Positions 29,836-43,730 of a stretch of 64,000 bases of DNA are shown one piece after another. A program made the translations under genes and the position numbers. Position 1 is the first letter of the stretch, and each line of letters opens with the position of its first letter. The stretch comes from the human T2T-CHM13v2.0 reference genome, Homo sapiens. The stretch lies in NCBI RefSeq assembly GCF_009914755.1, contig NC_060925.1, one strand, 5' to 3'. The notes under the pieces were generated by a model. That model was given only the letters and a program-made list of their open reading frames with translations. It had not been told where the DNA came from and ran no database searches.

Positions 29836-30324
29836 TTGTATCTAGAACACGGATGCCGATGGGGGCTGACTCCTCCTCCGTCAGCCGGTACCATTCCTTC
29901 TGAGGGCTGGGCAGCCACTCCTCCACATGGCAGGAGTAATTGCCTGTATCTTGGGGGCTTGCCTGCAGCACTGTGAGCCGGTAGAGCACCGGGGAGAGCC
30001 TCTGGAAGCGAAGCCTGCCCTCCCAAGGACTGCCCTCTGGGCCAAAGACAGCATCTGGGCCCACGCTCAGCAGGGCCGTCCGCTCTGTTGGGTCGTCGTC
30101 GTCGTCGTCCTCCTCCTCCTCCTCCTCCTCCTCCCTTTCCTCTTCCTGTTCTTCCAGGCCAGGGCTGCTCCTTTTCCCCCCAGCTTTAGTCCTCAGGGAA
30201 TACCAGGCCACAGCGAAGCGGGAGTCCTGGCTGGAGCGGGACACGATGCTACAGTCCAGCTGGAAAGCTGCCTTCTCAGAGACCGTGGCATTGGGGACCA
30301 CTGTGTCCACCTGCAGGGAAGCAT
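29836..30324 (-). CDS. IGSF3: IGSF3 Ig-V domain exon (membrane-proximal, with acidic E/D insert)
   Basis: 489 nt, AG/GT bounded, phase 1-1; FQLDC...WY...DTGNYSCHVEEWL. Confidence 0.96.
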
Positions 30325-30678
30325 CTGGGGAATGACAAGGGACAAACAGGGAAGGGGTTGTTTAAATTTATTTGCTCAAAATAAACTAAATGTCCATCAT
30401 TAAACACATGATAGTAACATCCATACTATAAGATATTATGCACCTATTGAAAAGGCATAGGCAGTGCTACAGGTGGAAGTTGATCCAAGAAAAATTGTTA
30501 AGAGTACAGAACAATGTTACTGTCCATGTCATTGTATGCAGAAAACATATTTTATTTTGACATACATATCTGTTTATATCTGCATAAAATATCTGTGGAA
30601 GAATTCATAAGAAGCTGGTAGTGTGGTTCCTTATGGGAATCCCGGGGGGAAGAGGTGTTTATTTTCACTGTAACCCCT

Positions 30679-31493
30679 TGTAGTGGCTGAATAGTGTCCC
30701 TCCAAAATGCATGTCCACCTGGAACCTCAGAATGTGATTATTTGGAAATAGCAACTTTGCAGACGTAATTAGCAAAGAGGAGGTCTTGCTGGATTGGGGT
30801 GGGCCCTAAATCCAGTGGCTGGTGCTATGAACTGAATTGGTCCCCCTCCAAATTAATATGCTGAATTCATAACCCACGATGTGACTACATTTGGAGGTAG
30901 GACTTTTAGGAGGTAATTAAAGTTAAATGAGGTCATAAGGCTGAGTGAGACCCTAATCCAGTAAGATTGGTGTCTTATAAGAAGAAGAAGAGAGATCTCT
31001 CTCCAGGTGCATGCACCGAGGAAAGACTATTCAAGGACACAGCAAGAAGGCGCCGTCTGCGGGCCAGAAGAGCTCTTACCAGAACTTAGCCATGCTGGTG
31101 CCCTGACCTCAGACTTCCAGCCTCTAGGACTGTAGGAAAATACATTTATGTTGTTTAAGCCACCCAGTCTATAGTATTTTGTTATGGCAACTGAGCAGAC
31201 TAAGATAACTAGTGTCCTTATGAGCACAGGAGAGAAGACAGAGAGAAAGTGGCCATATGATGATGGAGGCCCAAACAGGAGTGAAGCAGCCACAACCAGG
31301 GAATGTCTGTGGCCACAAGGAACTGGCAAAGGCCAGGAAGCATTCTTCCCTAGAGCCTTCATGGGGAGCATGGCTATGATGACATCCTGACTTTGGACTT
31401 CTGGCCTGCAGAACTGTAAGAGAATAAATTTCTTTTGTTTTAAACAATCAAGTTTATACTAATTTGTTATGGTAGCCCTGGGAATTTAAAACA
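30679..31493 (+). mobile_element. MLT1C-like LTR with a nested MLT1A-like LTR (30823-31207)
   Basis: tgtagtggctgaatagtgtccc...; the inner element runs tgctatgaactgaa...gactaagata, after which the outer LTR resumes (gtgtccttatgag). Confidence 0.75.
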
Positions 31494-34351
31494 CCCATGC
31501 AGTAACTTAAATTTAAACTGTGTGCATGTAGCTTATTGCCTAAAACACAGAGAACCCAAGGAGATCAGTATCTCTCCAAGGATTAAAGCCAGATAACAGA
31601 CGACAAGGCTGAAAGGGCCCTTCCCTGTGAGCACAGATGTCTCAGGAGGATGTACGCAAAGTGTCCTCCCTGCTTAGGCGGGAGACACAGAGTAACCACA
31701 GAGAGGGACCCCAAGCAGGTGAGTCACATCTCACAGATGCCAACAGACTTGAATCTGTTTTGCTGTCTTTTTTTTTTTTTTTTTTTTTTTTTTGGCTCAC
31801 TGTAATATGTTCTAAACAAATAATTCACTCCCTAACTCCTAAAAGGCCTCCCTTTGGCTCTGCTTATGAAATGTTCATGAAAGGTGCCAATGTAATGTAA
31901 ACTGAAGTAGAGATACCAAATCAGATCCTACTTGGATGAAGACCAAATAGGAGCACTTTCCAAGTATTGTCCTGGGCTTTCAATGAATTGGCTTAGTGTC
32001 GCTCACAGGTGAACATGTCGCTCACAGGTTAACACAAGGCTGGGCTTCCCATTGCTCTTGTGGGGGCTCTGCCAAGCCCCTCTGCACCCACCTCCTGCAC
32101 CCATCTGGAATCTCAGTGTGCACTGCTGGCACAGGAGGGCTCAGTAACCAGCTACAGGTGGCAGGCCCAGCTCTCTCAGGGACAAGAACATGCTTGAGAA
32201 CAGAATATGGCCGGGTGGGGACTATTCAATCAGTTCACAGGTAACTCAAACTCACTCAACTCCTCAGTTGTAACTCCAAGGCCATTAGAGAGCCCTACTA
32301 GAGACCAAGGGGAGCCCCCCACCCCATGCTTTTCTCCTCCAGAGTCTAACATAGTATCCCCACGCTCCTGGTGACTGGCTAAGGTGTCAAGGGAGGTGGC
32401 CCTGGGCGATGTGCAGTGGAACTTATCATGGCCAGGGGCAAGATGGCCAGAGACCATCAGTTGAGCTCCTCAGAAACACCTCCTCCCTCTTCAATCTCCC
32501 TTTGCTTTCTTGTCTTCTAACCGCTTAACATTTTTCTTGGCCCCTTCAAATGCCTTGTCTGCATAAATGACTCAATACAAGTTTTTCGACAGAAATTAAT
32601 TTCCACCTTCCCACAATCTCTCTCCCCTTAACATGTTTCTCTACCAATTTAGTTCCCTGAATCTGCCCCCTTCTAGAATATGCCAACCCTCCTCCCTGTT
32701 TGGACTTAAATACTCTCTTCTTTTCCAAGTATAAGCCATGGAAAGATGCCGACCTCTGCCCCTGCTGTCTGCGTGACACTAACAGCTCCCCTGGATCTCA
32801 CTGTGACCGCCAATTCCTGGCCTGTGTGTGATGATTGTGGTTTTCTCCCTTCCCCAGTTGTGTGAGCCCAACACAACTACTAATCGACTCATCTGCAATC
32901 TTAGTGAGGATGGGAGCCCTTCATTCCATGTATTTCAGATTATTGTGAATGTCAACTCTCAGCAGTGGAAGGTGATTATTTTCCTAACAATACTTTTAGA
33001 GCTATATTATTTCAAGTCTTCCATGTGTTTAACGTATCCCTCCGAAAAAAATCTTTGAAGTACGTCTGCACAATGAATGTTATGAAACCAGTAAAAATGG
33101 TGGCTATGAAATGCTTTCACAGACATGGGAAAACGCTCATAAAAGAAAGTTGAGTGGGAAAAAAGATCACATAAAACAGTAAGATCCTGAGTTTGTTTAC
33201 AGACAGAGGAAATATGAAGACATGAGGCAAAGACCAAAAAATATACACCAAATTATTAATAGTAGATATTTGTAGGCCGTGAGATTATGGCTAACCTTTC
33301 TTTTCAAAATTATACTTTTCTGTTTTCCAATGTTTTGTAATTAGTACAATCAACTTATGCAATCAGGGACAGATGGACAAAGGGACGGGAAGGCAGATTG
33401 ATCCAGGCTTGCTCACAGGGTTGAACAGGAGGCAGACACAAGGCTAACGGTTCAGGTCCATGTTGGAAGCACACAGTGTGGCAGGAGGGAAGCCTGGGTG
33501 GTCACTCTGCCTGCACCTGCTGGCTGGGTGGTGATTCGCTCCATGCTTTGGTCCCTCATGAGTAAAACCTACCACTCAGAGTTATTGTGAAGACTGAACA
33601 TAAGTCTCCTAACTGTGGCTGGGATGTAGCTGTACTCAATAAACATCTGTCTCCTCCCACTCCATCTGGGAGCCTCAGTGTGCTGACCTGCAGAATGGGA
33701 GGGAGTTGAGGGAGTGGGGGCACTCAGCTGCCATTCTCTACAATTTCACCTTCGGGAAAAGACATGCAGCCATTTCTAGGCAAGGTAAAAAGCAAAAAAT
33801 ATAAATAAGTAAAAGCTCACGGAAAAATAGGAGTTAACTCAAAGTGGAGGCAATGTTCCCTGCAGTTTAGGCAAGACACAGGCGAGTGAGATACTGCCCA
33901 TTTCCTATAACCAAGGCTGCAGTGCCTCCCTGAAGCATGTTCCATGACATAAGAGACCTGGCACCACCCTGGAGATGCAATATTCCACCAACGAAATGAG
34001 CTGCTCTACTCAGACATGAAGACATGGTGAAAACTTCCAGTAGTGCCCAAGGCCACAAATGTGAATGTCAGGATGCTCAGAAAACAAACAAGATACTGAT
34101 GGGGTCACGAATTCACTTCTCCTCCAGGTCCTTACAGGAACCATCGACTTTTCATTCTAATATGAATGGATGATGCTGTGATGTTGCAAAGGACATGGGA
34201 ATCCTGCACATCGTAGCTTTGATTATGTGTTTAAATGTGCAACAACAATTATACCTAGTAATTACATGCATTTAGATATTTAGAAACAGCAATAAAGACA
34301 AGAAAAACAAAAGGCCACACAGAATAGTTATTAGTACTAATAAAATTATTG

Positions 34352-34654
<303 letters not shown>

Positions 34655-35091
34655 GTATTGGGAAGTGACAGAGTGAAGGCTGCACACAATTCATTGTTTT
34701 CTATTTAAAGCATGTAAATCGATTACTTTCCACTGAAAATCCACAAGCTGAATTTTCTCAACAACATGGTTATTGTTTCAAGATTTTTGTCATATCTGCC
34801 CTTTGTTCCAAATCTGGAAAAAGGAAATATTCTATGACCTGGAATAATTAATGGCCAGATTTTATTCTATTTAAGAAATCAAATCACCTTAGGCCAAAGC
34901 CAGACGTGCAATTTTCCATTCACAAGAAAAAAAATTCAGGCAATTTTGAATATAAATGCATATACATGTAGACACTCATATATTTAACTGCAAATAATTT
35001 ATTAATAAACTAATTTTATCCAGTGCATAAAACAGTATACTTAAATGGGAAACACCAGAGGGAGTGGAAGCTTGGGGACGTGGACCCTCAC

Positions 35092-35499
35092 CTGGTCGCA
35101 TGACTGTCAGAGCTGTCTGCCCAGCGGTGTCCTCTGCCCGCTTATACCACATGCCACTGGGGCTGGGCAGCCACTCCTCCACATGGCAGCTGTAGGTCCC
35201 GCTGTCCTGCACAGCCACGTTCTGGATGAAGAGACGGTACACGCCGGGGGAAGGACTCTCCAAATGCAGCCGCCCCTTCAGATTGTTCTTGGCTGCCTGC
35301 TCTCCATAGTGGAAGGTGGCGTCACGGCTCAAGCGGGCCACAGTCTCCCGCTCAGGGTGGTTGGGCTTCCATACAAACCATTCCACCATGAGCTGGGAGG
35401 TTATGCTGGTGCGGTTGAGAACCACACACTCCAGCTGTACCTGCCGGGTCTCCAGAACCGACAGGTTCCCCTGGGCTTGGCTGAGCCTCAGGCGGCTGT
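35092..35499 (-). CDS. IGSF3: IGSF3 Ig-V domain exon (DSRLRLSQAQG...TVMRP)
   Basis: 408 nt, phase 1-1, AG at 35500-01, GT at 35090-91; DSGTYSCHVEEWL. Confidence 0.96.
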
Positions 35500-36086
35500 C
35501 TGGAACAGTAAGGAAGAGACGTCAGCGACAAAAGGACAACAAGCAATTCGTACGCACCCTTTCCCAGGGTAGGTGAATGGATGCCTTCCAAATACAGAAG
35601 GACGGCAGCACACACTCCATTAGGAGAAACGTTTCTCAGATGTGGCTCCCTAAACATTCTGAGTTCCTTGATCGTGTGTCGGAATGCCTGGGTTTCAAGG
35701 AGCTCAATGTTACAATAACAGCTGTCCCAAAGTCGTAGCCCTCATCAGTTCTGATGCTCACAGGAGGACAAGCACAAGCTGTAGAGACTGCACATCCAAA
35801 TGACAACGGACCACAAAACATGTCGCTGGCCGGGGCAGGTGGCTGGGAAGGGCGGGGGAAGGGGATGGTGAGAAACCTCTGAAAAGCAAGAGTAAACTTT
35901 TAAAACTGATCATATGGTGGCTAGAAAATGCTGGGCCACCAACTACAAAAGAACTGCAGGGGAAAGCCAGTTTAATCTGTTCATGTGTTAGCCCTAAGAA
36001 TTGTAGTCCAACATCCTTACAAAAACCCACACAGGTTCCTTCTCAGGTTGGGAATGGAACTGATATGACATCAGTAAAGAAAAGAC

Positions 36087-36368
36087 TGCCAGACAAGGTG
36101 GCTCACGCCTGTAATCCCAGCACTTTGGGACGCCGAGGTGGGTGGATCACTTGAGGCCAGGAGTTTGAGACCAGCCTGGCCAACACAATGAAACCCCATC
36201 TCTACTAAAAATACAAAAATTAGCCAGGTGTGGTGGTGTGCGCCTGTAATCCCAGCTACTCGGGAGGTGAAGGTTGCAGTGAGCTAAGATCGTGCCACTG
36301 CACACTCCAGCCTGTGCAACAGAGTGAGACTGTCTCAAAAAAAAGAAAAAGAAAAAGAAAAAGAAAAG
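36087..36368 (+). mobile_element. AluS with internal deletion in the right arm
   Basis: gctactcgggagg joined directly to tgaaggttgcagtgag. Confidence 0.88.
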
Positions 36369-39139
36369 ATTGCTACTGATGGAACTGGGTGCTTTGAAAA
36401 CTCAGCCAAGCAGAGTCTCCTCCAGTAGAAAAATGTCTTTAATGACAGCATGCCCCGATGGCATGCTTGTAATTTCACAAGGGCCCAAATGAGTCTATCA
36501 GGACCAGAGGTATCTAGAAGCTGTGACACTATGAATGCACAATAGCACCTCAGGAATGAGACTTCTGAGTGACATCAGAGGAGGGGAGGTTGGGCACTTT
36601 CACTCATTACTTTCTACACACTTCAATACTGCCTGAATGTTTTACAACATTCATGATTACTTTTGTAATTAAAAAGTCAGAAAATATAAAATAACAAAAT
36701 ATATTTTAAATAACCATTCTCCCTTTCTCCCTCCCCATCCAAAAAATACATATGTAAAAGAAGATATTGACTCTGGTTGTCTCAGGGTTGAAAGGTTATT
36801 TTCTTTGTTGAGTTTTGTTTTTTTGGGGGGGATTTTTGTGTGTGTGTGTGTGTATGTATTTTCCAAAAGCTCTGTAAGTGTAGGCTTTCTCAGCAGGGAA
36901 AAGGAAAGAACTAGAAGCAGAGAAAAAAGAAGAAAGAAAACAACACAAAGAAAGAAACGAGGAAAGCTGTTTTACTCGGTGTCCTCTGAGTTCCATGTTT
37001 ACGGTGTTAAAGTTCACTGTAACAGAGACTTCACTAAATGTGTTGAGGGGGGTCCTTCTAGTCCTTCCGCACTGTCCCACTTAGCTTGATTGTAGTCTCA
37101 GAGAGGGAAATCCCCTCAATAAATTTAGGATCCTCCAAGAATCTCTTGGTTTCAGTACAAATGAGGAAAGGAAAAAATGGTGATGACTAGAGTGGAAATG
37201 CAGAGTGGTGGGGGTGATCATGTTCTTTCAGTAGAGAAAATAATCAGAACTGAAAACAGATGAAAAATAGGAACCAAAAGAACACTGGTGGGCCTAATGA
37301 CAACCTTCAATGTTCAAAAGCCCCAGGGACTGGCCTGAAGTCAGGACATATGTCACCGAAAATGCCAATGGGAATCACTTCAGACCAGAGCTTCCTGTTT
37401 AATGCACCAGCAGAGGTTAGCAGAAAATGCCACCGAGAGGCCAGTGAGAATCTCTGGAAATATAATAACCTCAGGCAAAGGAGGGGAACAGACTCACTGC
37501 ATTCAGCAGGGCACAGGCCACATGTGGAGTTTGGTATCGGGTTCCACTGGCTTACTGAATAGGCCTCCTTAGGAGACAAGCAATAGTGAAGAAAACCAAG
37601 TCCCTATGCTTACTCAGGAGGCTTCAATTCTAGTAGAAGAGATAGAAAACAAATGTGTGTGTGTGTATATATATATGTATTCTAGTATAAAAATAATAAG
37701 ACATAGTAACTGATAAGTCAATTATAAGTAAATACTTCATAATTACTTATATATGAATAAGTAAATTAACAGAATGTCAGGTGGTGATATGTGTTGTGAA
37801 AGGGCCGGGGAAAGGAAATCTAGAGTGATGAGGGGGCTACATTTAAGTTAAAATGAGCTAGGAATCCCCCTTCACGGAAGAGCAAGACAAATGAATATCT
37901 ATGGCCAACATGTTCCAGGCTGACAGAACAATAAGTACAAAGGCCTTGGGTGATCAAGGAAAGCAACCATTTATTCCTTATTCAACCAATATTTACTAAA
38001 AGTACCATGCCAGTGGCTGAAGATATAAGACACAGCCCTGTCCTCAACATGCTTACAGAGTAGTACAGAAGAAATGCAAACCATTATTAGGCTATGTGTT
38101 TTAGAAGGGACCCCTACTAGTATGGGAGAAATCAGGGTAGGCTTCTTGGAGGTGGTGCTGAATGAAGTCTTAGGGATGGAGTGAAGACAAGGGAGAAGCA
38201 GCAGGAAAAACACATTTCAGACAATGAGGGCAGCACAAGCGAAGGCACGGAGATGAGGCTCTGGGTGGCAACACAGCACCCCCCATGGCCCATCAAGAAG
38301 GACAGGCAGTGACAACAACGAATTGCAGGGATGTGAGAATGAGGGGTGGAGAGGCCCTTCAGGCTACACTATGTGAGAAGTTGAAAGGACTAGAGATCTT
38401 TAACAGAGAAGGGGCATACATTTCATGTATTTGAAAGGAAATGACGCAGACTTCTCTTTGGTTGTTCCAGGGGCAGATCTAAAAAGGGAAATTACAGGAA
38501 AGTGAACTTTTTAACAATCAGAGCTGCCCAAAAATGGAACTGAGGCTTGCGGACTGAATAGCTCTCCCTCCCTGGAAGCATTCTGGCAGAGGTTGAGTGC
38601 CACCTGTGAGGGAGAGGAATAAGGGCTACACCATGGGATCAAGGAAGGGCCAGAGGAGGAATGATTCAGTTTGGAGATAGGAAAGGCTTGTCTGGGCGGG
38701 CTGGGAGCTAAGGAAGAAGGGGGATGCAGATGCATAAAACCAGAAAATGCCTTCTAGGTAGGAACTCTGGGTGTGGAGCTGGTGTCAGCCCAAGATTCAG
38801 GGTGCAAACTGCAAACCCAGAAGAAGATTCAGGAGCTGCCATGAACCCTGCCTTGCCACATTTTGCTAACCACAGCTGCCCTGCTCCTTGGTGAAGATGG
38901 TATCCACAGAAGCAGAGTCAAGGATGCTTCCATGAGTCTGCCGTCAGCATCAGGACCCACTGCAGGTAAAATGGATGGGATTGCAGTGTGCTAGGGTGAT
39001 GGTCCGTGTACCTGCACCCATACTCAGCATGCACCTTGCAGACAGTCTCTCCACACCAGCCCCACAGATCCCCACCCACCCCCAGGCAGTCTCTGCACTA
39101 AACCCACTGGCCCAGGACAGCCGTGCCCTGCGGCCTTAC

Positions 39140-39550
39140 CTGGCTGTTTCACAGTGACTTCTGTGCGCCCAGAAACCTCCTCTGCCAGCTTGTACCAGGC
39201 GTAGTTGGGGCTCAGCAGCCACTCCTCCACGTGGCAGTAGTAGCTGCCGCTGTCGCTGACCTCGGCTCTCTGGACGGTGAGGCTGAACAGGCCCCCCGAC
39301 ACATGCCTCTCAAACTGGAGCCTGGCTCTCAGGCCCTCCTCCTCGGCGTAAGTACCGTATTCAAAGGCGGAGTTGTGGGTGGTCTTCAGGATAAGCTTGC
39401 CATCGGCATCCGAGGGCTTGTGGACATACCAGAGCACCGCAAAGTGGGAGTTCTGGCTAGTCTGAGACTTGACTGAGCAGTTCAACTGAATGGGCTTGTT
39501 TTCCACCAGGGTGAGGGTCCTCTTCGATTTGCTCACCTGCAGCTTTGTCA
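39140..39550 (-). CDS. IGSF3: IGSF3 Ig-V domain exon (VTKLQVSKSK...VTVKQP)
   Basis: 411 nt, phase 1-1; DSGSYYCHVEEWL. Confidence 0.96.
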
Positions 39551-42524
39551 CTGCAAAGGAAAGGGGAACACAGGAATCACCACAGACTCCCAGAAACGTG
39601 GCCCATCCACCTCCAGGCTCTGAGCCAGGTTTCCTCCAGCACAGTTCCTGGGGGATTTAACACCGACTGGCTTCAGTGTGAGGAAGGCAGCACGGAGCCC
39701 AGGCCACCGCTAAACATCCTTCCCTGTCTCCTCCTTGCCATGCGCCTGGCTTAGGCCTTCACCATCTCTCCCCTATCCACTGCCTGCACAGCCCACCATC
39801 ACAGGGCCTCCAAGGGTGATCCTGCTGAAATACAAATCTAGCTATATCAGGTCTCTGCTTGAAAAGTTTAATGGCTCTGAACTACCTACGGGCCAGAGAG
39901 AAACAATTCCTTTTCATAGCACAAAGTCCCTTCAGGATCTGGCCTTCACCCAAGTGTCCTGACTCATCTCTCACGACTCACCCTCAGGCACCCTCCACAG
40001 GTGCATGCCCCTGGTGCAGTTTCCCTGAGCCCTGGCCTTTGCCCTTGCTGTCCTCTCTGCCTGTCTCCTTCTGCCACCTCCCACCCTGACCCTTCTCTCC
40101 ACTTATCCCTCATTCCCGTCCCCCTGGGCTCCATACCCTTCCTCAGCACCCTCTATATATCTCTGGGCTGTGTGTCCTCACATCTCTCTCCCATATCCTA
40201 GATGGTGAGCTCCCCCAGGGCAGGGATCAAACTCCTTCCACTCAATCAGCCAGTATTTACGGAGTGCCCACTCGGTTTCCCACAGGATGCTAAGTGCTGG
40301 GGATGCCCTGAAGAGTAAGCCGGAGTCCCAGCCCTCATGGGGTGGACTGCCTAGCGGACATTCTTATCGCTGCACCCCCAGAGCCTAGCACAGCACCTGG
40401 GCCAGGAAAGCATTTGATCAGTGTTTGCTGAAATAGGTGAACGAGTGGGTGAGCGAATGAGAGCACGTTGGAGAAACACGGCAACAGGTAATTAGAGGAT
40501 GCTGCGGGCGGGGGGAGAGGGGGCTTCCTCTGGGGGAGTGAGAGAGAAGGCTGAGAAGACAGTAAACCACGGGACAAGGCAAAGCCAACTACAATCCTCC
40601 CTTCTCCTCACTGTCCTGCTCCAAAAACAGACAAGAGGGCAGCCTGTGGAGCGCCTCCCCAGCAGCTAATTAATGACGATGTTCACCTTGCCAGTGGCAA
40701 GAAGCCAAGGTCTAATGAAATCCATCTTAGGAAGGTGATTTGAGATCTCACCCACCCCATCATCATTAACCTCGGCTCTGCGTTCCCCTACCCAAGCCTT
40801 TCCCGCTACTAAAAATGAAAAAAAAAAAACAAAAAAACAATTCTAAGTTCCTCTTAGGGAACTAATAGTACAAGAATTGTTCCACCTCCACCACTCTCTT
40901 CACACTTAGTTTTTCCGCCACAGGGACCAAACCACTTCCCAGCTGAGAAAGAAAGCAGGGGCAAGGTGCAGATTCCACCCAGGGACAGCAACCTAGGCCT
41001 CCTCCAACCGAGCTTGTGTGGAGGGCAGGGGCAGGGGCAGGGCAGGGATGCCTGGCCAGGCTCCAGCACTCTACTGGTCAGACTCTTGTCTCTTTAGTCC
41101 AGCTCAACCCCAGGAACTGCATCCAGACCCAGGACCCAGCCCACTGGTCATGACCCTGGCCTGCCAGCTGGCTTAAGCTTGGTTTGGCAGCATCAAGGGT
41201 TGATTGAGTCCCATGCATCACAGAACCAAAACTTGTGAAAGCCACAGACTGCCACTTGGTCTCCCTGTAACACACAGACAAATGTTCTGAATGGATGGAA
41301 GGATTTAGCAAGCCAAGGTGTGGCAAAGTCCAATTCCCAATGCCATGACTGAGCAACACTGCGGAGCATCTCCCGCAGTAAATCGGACATTCTCTCCAGG
41401 AAGACTTGTTGAATTCACAAACCCACAGACCTTCTCACGCCATCAAGAACACACCAGGCACCACTTAGAGAGAAATCCTGTGTGCCACGGCCCCACCCTC
41501 CCGGGTTCATCTTTTTTGTTAGCAAGTCCAATCTTCTGCCTTCTCCCTTCTTCAAATGCAGAAAGTCCTCTAGGGCACACTAGGAATCCAGGACAGGGTT
41601 TACCATTAAGCTCCCAAGCTCTGGAAACTAGATTTGCATTCGCTTGCCAGTCGACTTTTCAGATTGGATTCCTATAATACTTGAAACAACCGGCTCCCTT
41701 TTCATTCCTTTCCAACCCAATTCACCGCATGCAAATGATATCTATATCAGTGCAAATGACACCACCTGAATTATCTGGTTCTTGGCCAAAAAAACTGGGT
41801 TGTTCAGCATGGAGTAGAAAGAGCTTTAAAATGTATTATTAATTGGGGCCGGATTATTTTTGCAACTGTTACTAAGGAAACCTCAATTGCTATAGTAACT
41901 GCATATGTTAAACTGGAATCCTATGACTAAACTTCTATTCAGTCACATGGTCTGAGAACAAGAATTCAAGGAAGAGAAATGTTTCAAAGCATTTCCATTT
42001 TTTTTCCTTCCCATGTCAAAATATTGTGAAGTGTTGAGAAGCTTGAAAGAGAGGCATTTTTTAAATTTGGTGCACGTCTGACAGGTGGGCAAGGGGTCAG
42101 CTCCTATTCTATGCTCTGGATTTCCTCCCACATCTCCAGGGCAGGTAGGACCTTTCCTGAGGCACAGGGGAGACTGGAATCTCCACATATAATTAGGGAG
42201 CCCTCCCATGTCCTGCCAGAGCCCTGCCCTGGGCGGTGTACAGCTTGCGTGCACCACCTTCCTCCACAGAGCTAGGAGAGCCCTGCCCACTTAGAGACCA
42301 CAGGTGTTTTCATCTGCAAAATAAGAACAATGTCTCTATCTCCATTAGGAGTTTTGTGCAGACTAAAAGCAATGGTCTATAAAAAGAGTTTAGCACAGAA
42401 CCTGGGATATAACAAACACCCAGTGAATTTTAGCTATTCTCATTCCTTTTTGGTTTCTGTGCCTTGTCCCAAGTTCAAAGTTCAACACTTAGAATGGGAG
42501 TTGTCAAGCATAAGTGGCAATCTT

Positions 42525-42672
42525 CCTGCTCAAAGTGCTGTTCTCGGACCAGCAGCACTGGGAGCTTGTTAGAAATGCAGACTCTCAGGCCCCACCCCAG
42601 ACCCAGTAAGTCAGAATCTGCACTTTAACAAGATCCCCAGGTGATTCACAAGTAGCTTCAAGCCTGAGAAAC
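42525..42672. mobile_element. MER5A-family hAT MITE
   Basis: gggagcttgttagaaatgcagactctcaggccccacccc...tcagaatctgcactttaacaagatccccaggtgattc. Confidence 0.8.
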
Positions 42673-43574
42673 CCTGGACTTGGCCGTGTGAGTGAATGGG
42701 CTTTGAGAGGCCATAAATGCAGACGTGAAAGAAAAGAGTGAGGCTTGGTTAACCCCCAACAGTGAATTGGCAGGAGGAAGAAAGAATCCAGCAAGAGACA
42801 GGAAGAGGGTCCGAGAGTTGCTCCAGCTCACGCCAGCAGCTGCCTTCACAGCAGCCCCCAGAGGCCAGGCCCTGCTTTGAGGGAGTGGCCCTTTCTTTCT
42901 GCAACTGGAGAGTTTCCTTCCCAGGCTTGTGATTAAAACTTGAAAGATCTGTGTTTTGTATGGTAGGAGAGGCTGTTGTGTTTGTTACAGGCCAGGATAG
43001 GGTGGTTTCAAGGTGAGACATCAGGAAGAGGGAAGAACTTCGCAGCGGAGACCAGCAGCAGCTTTCTCAGCCAGCCTACCCTCCCTTCGGATTCCACTCT
43101 GTGCGTGCTCTTCTCACTCAAAACTCATTTATTTCTTCAATAAAGGATTCCCTTACGCTCTACTATAGCTGTGTTACTGCTGCCTTACAACGAAGGTAAT
43201 TCTTAAAATCTTCTCTTTCTTACAAAATTCTAAGCATATGCAGGGCAGGGACTCTGACCCAATCATTGTTAAACTAATCAATGAATGGTTGAATAAATGT
43301 GGTTACTTTTCAAAAGGAGGGGCAATTCTGATTTTGATAGAAAAGAGAACATTTCAAAAGGTATATGGCCCCTGAGCTAGGCCCTGAGAAACAAGCAGAG
43401 AAGGAGAATCAAAGGGCACGCCAGAGAGAGGGGACAAGAGGAAAAAGATGACAACTACCCTGTGCACTCTATTCAAGGAGGAGCAAGTGCTCAGGTGTAG
43501 TGGATGAGGTTAGAAAGGTAAGCTTCGGCCACACTGCAAGGGGCCTGCAGCTTGTACTTGATCCTGACCACCTG

Positions 43575-43730
43575 TGGCCCTCAGGGTGCACGCCATGGAT
43601 CTGCAGATCAGCATCACCTGGGAATCTGCCAGCCCCTGCTAAGTCAGAAAAACTGCGAGTAAGGCTCAGCAACCTGCAGTCTCATGAGCCCTCCAATTGA
43701 TACTGATGCACATTCAAGTTTGAGAAGCAA
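43575..43730. mobile_element. MER5A-family hAT MITE
   Basis: cagcatcacctggga...agtcagaaaaact...gagccctcc...tgatgcacattcaagtttgagaa. Confidence 0.7.

Noticed and set aside
29927-30403. Antisense ORFs over IGSF3 exons (also 35045, 39123, 54017, 58343)
   Set aside because: Shadow frames of GC3-rich coding exons
31997-32034. Short direct duplications (19 bp here; also ~9501, ~18750, ~57435)
   Set aside because: Ordinary slippage micro-duplications with no functional context
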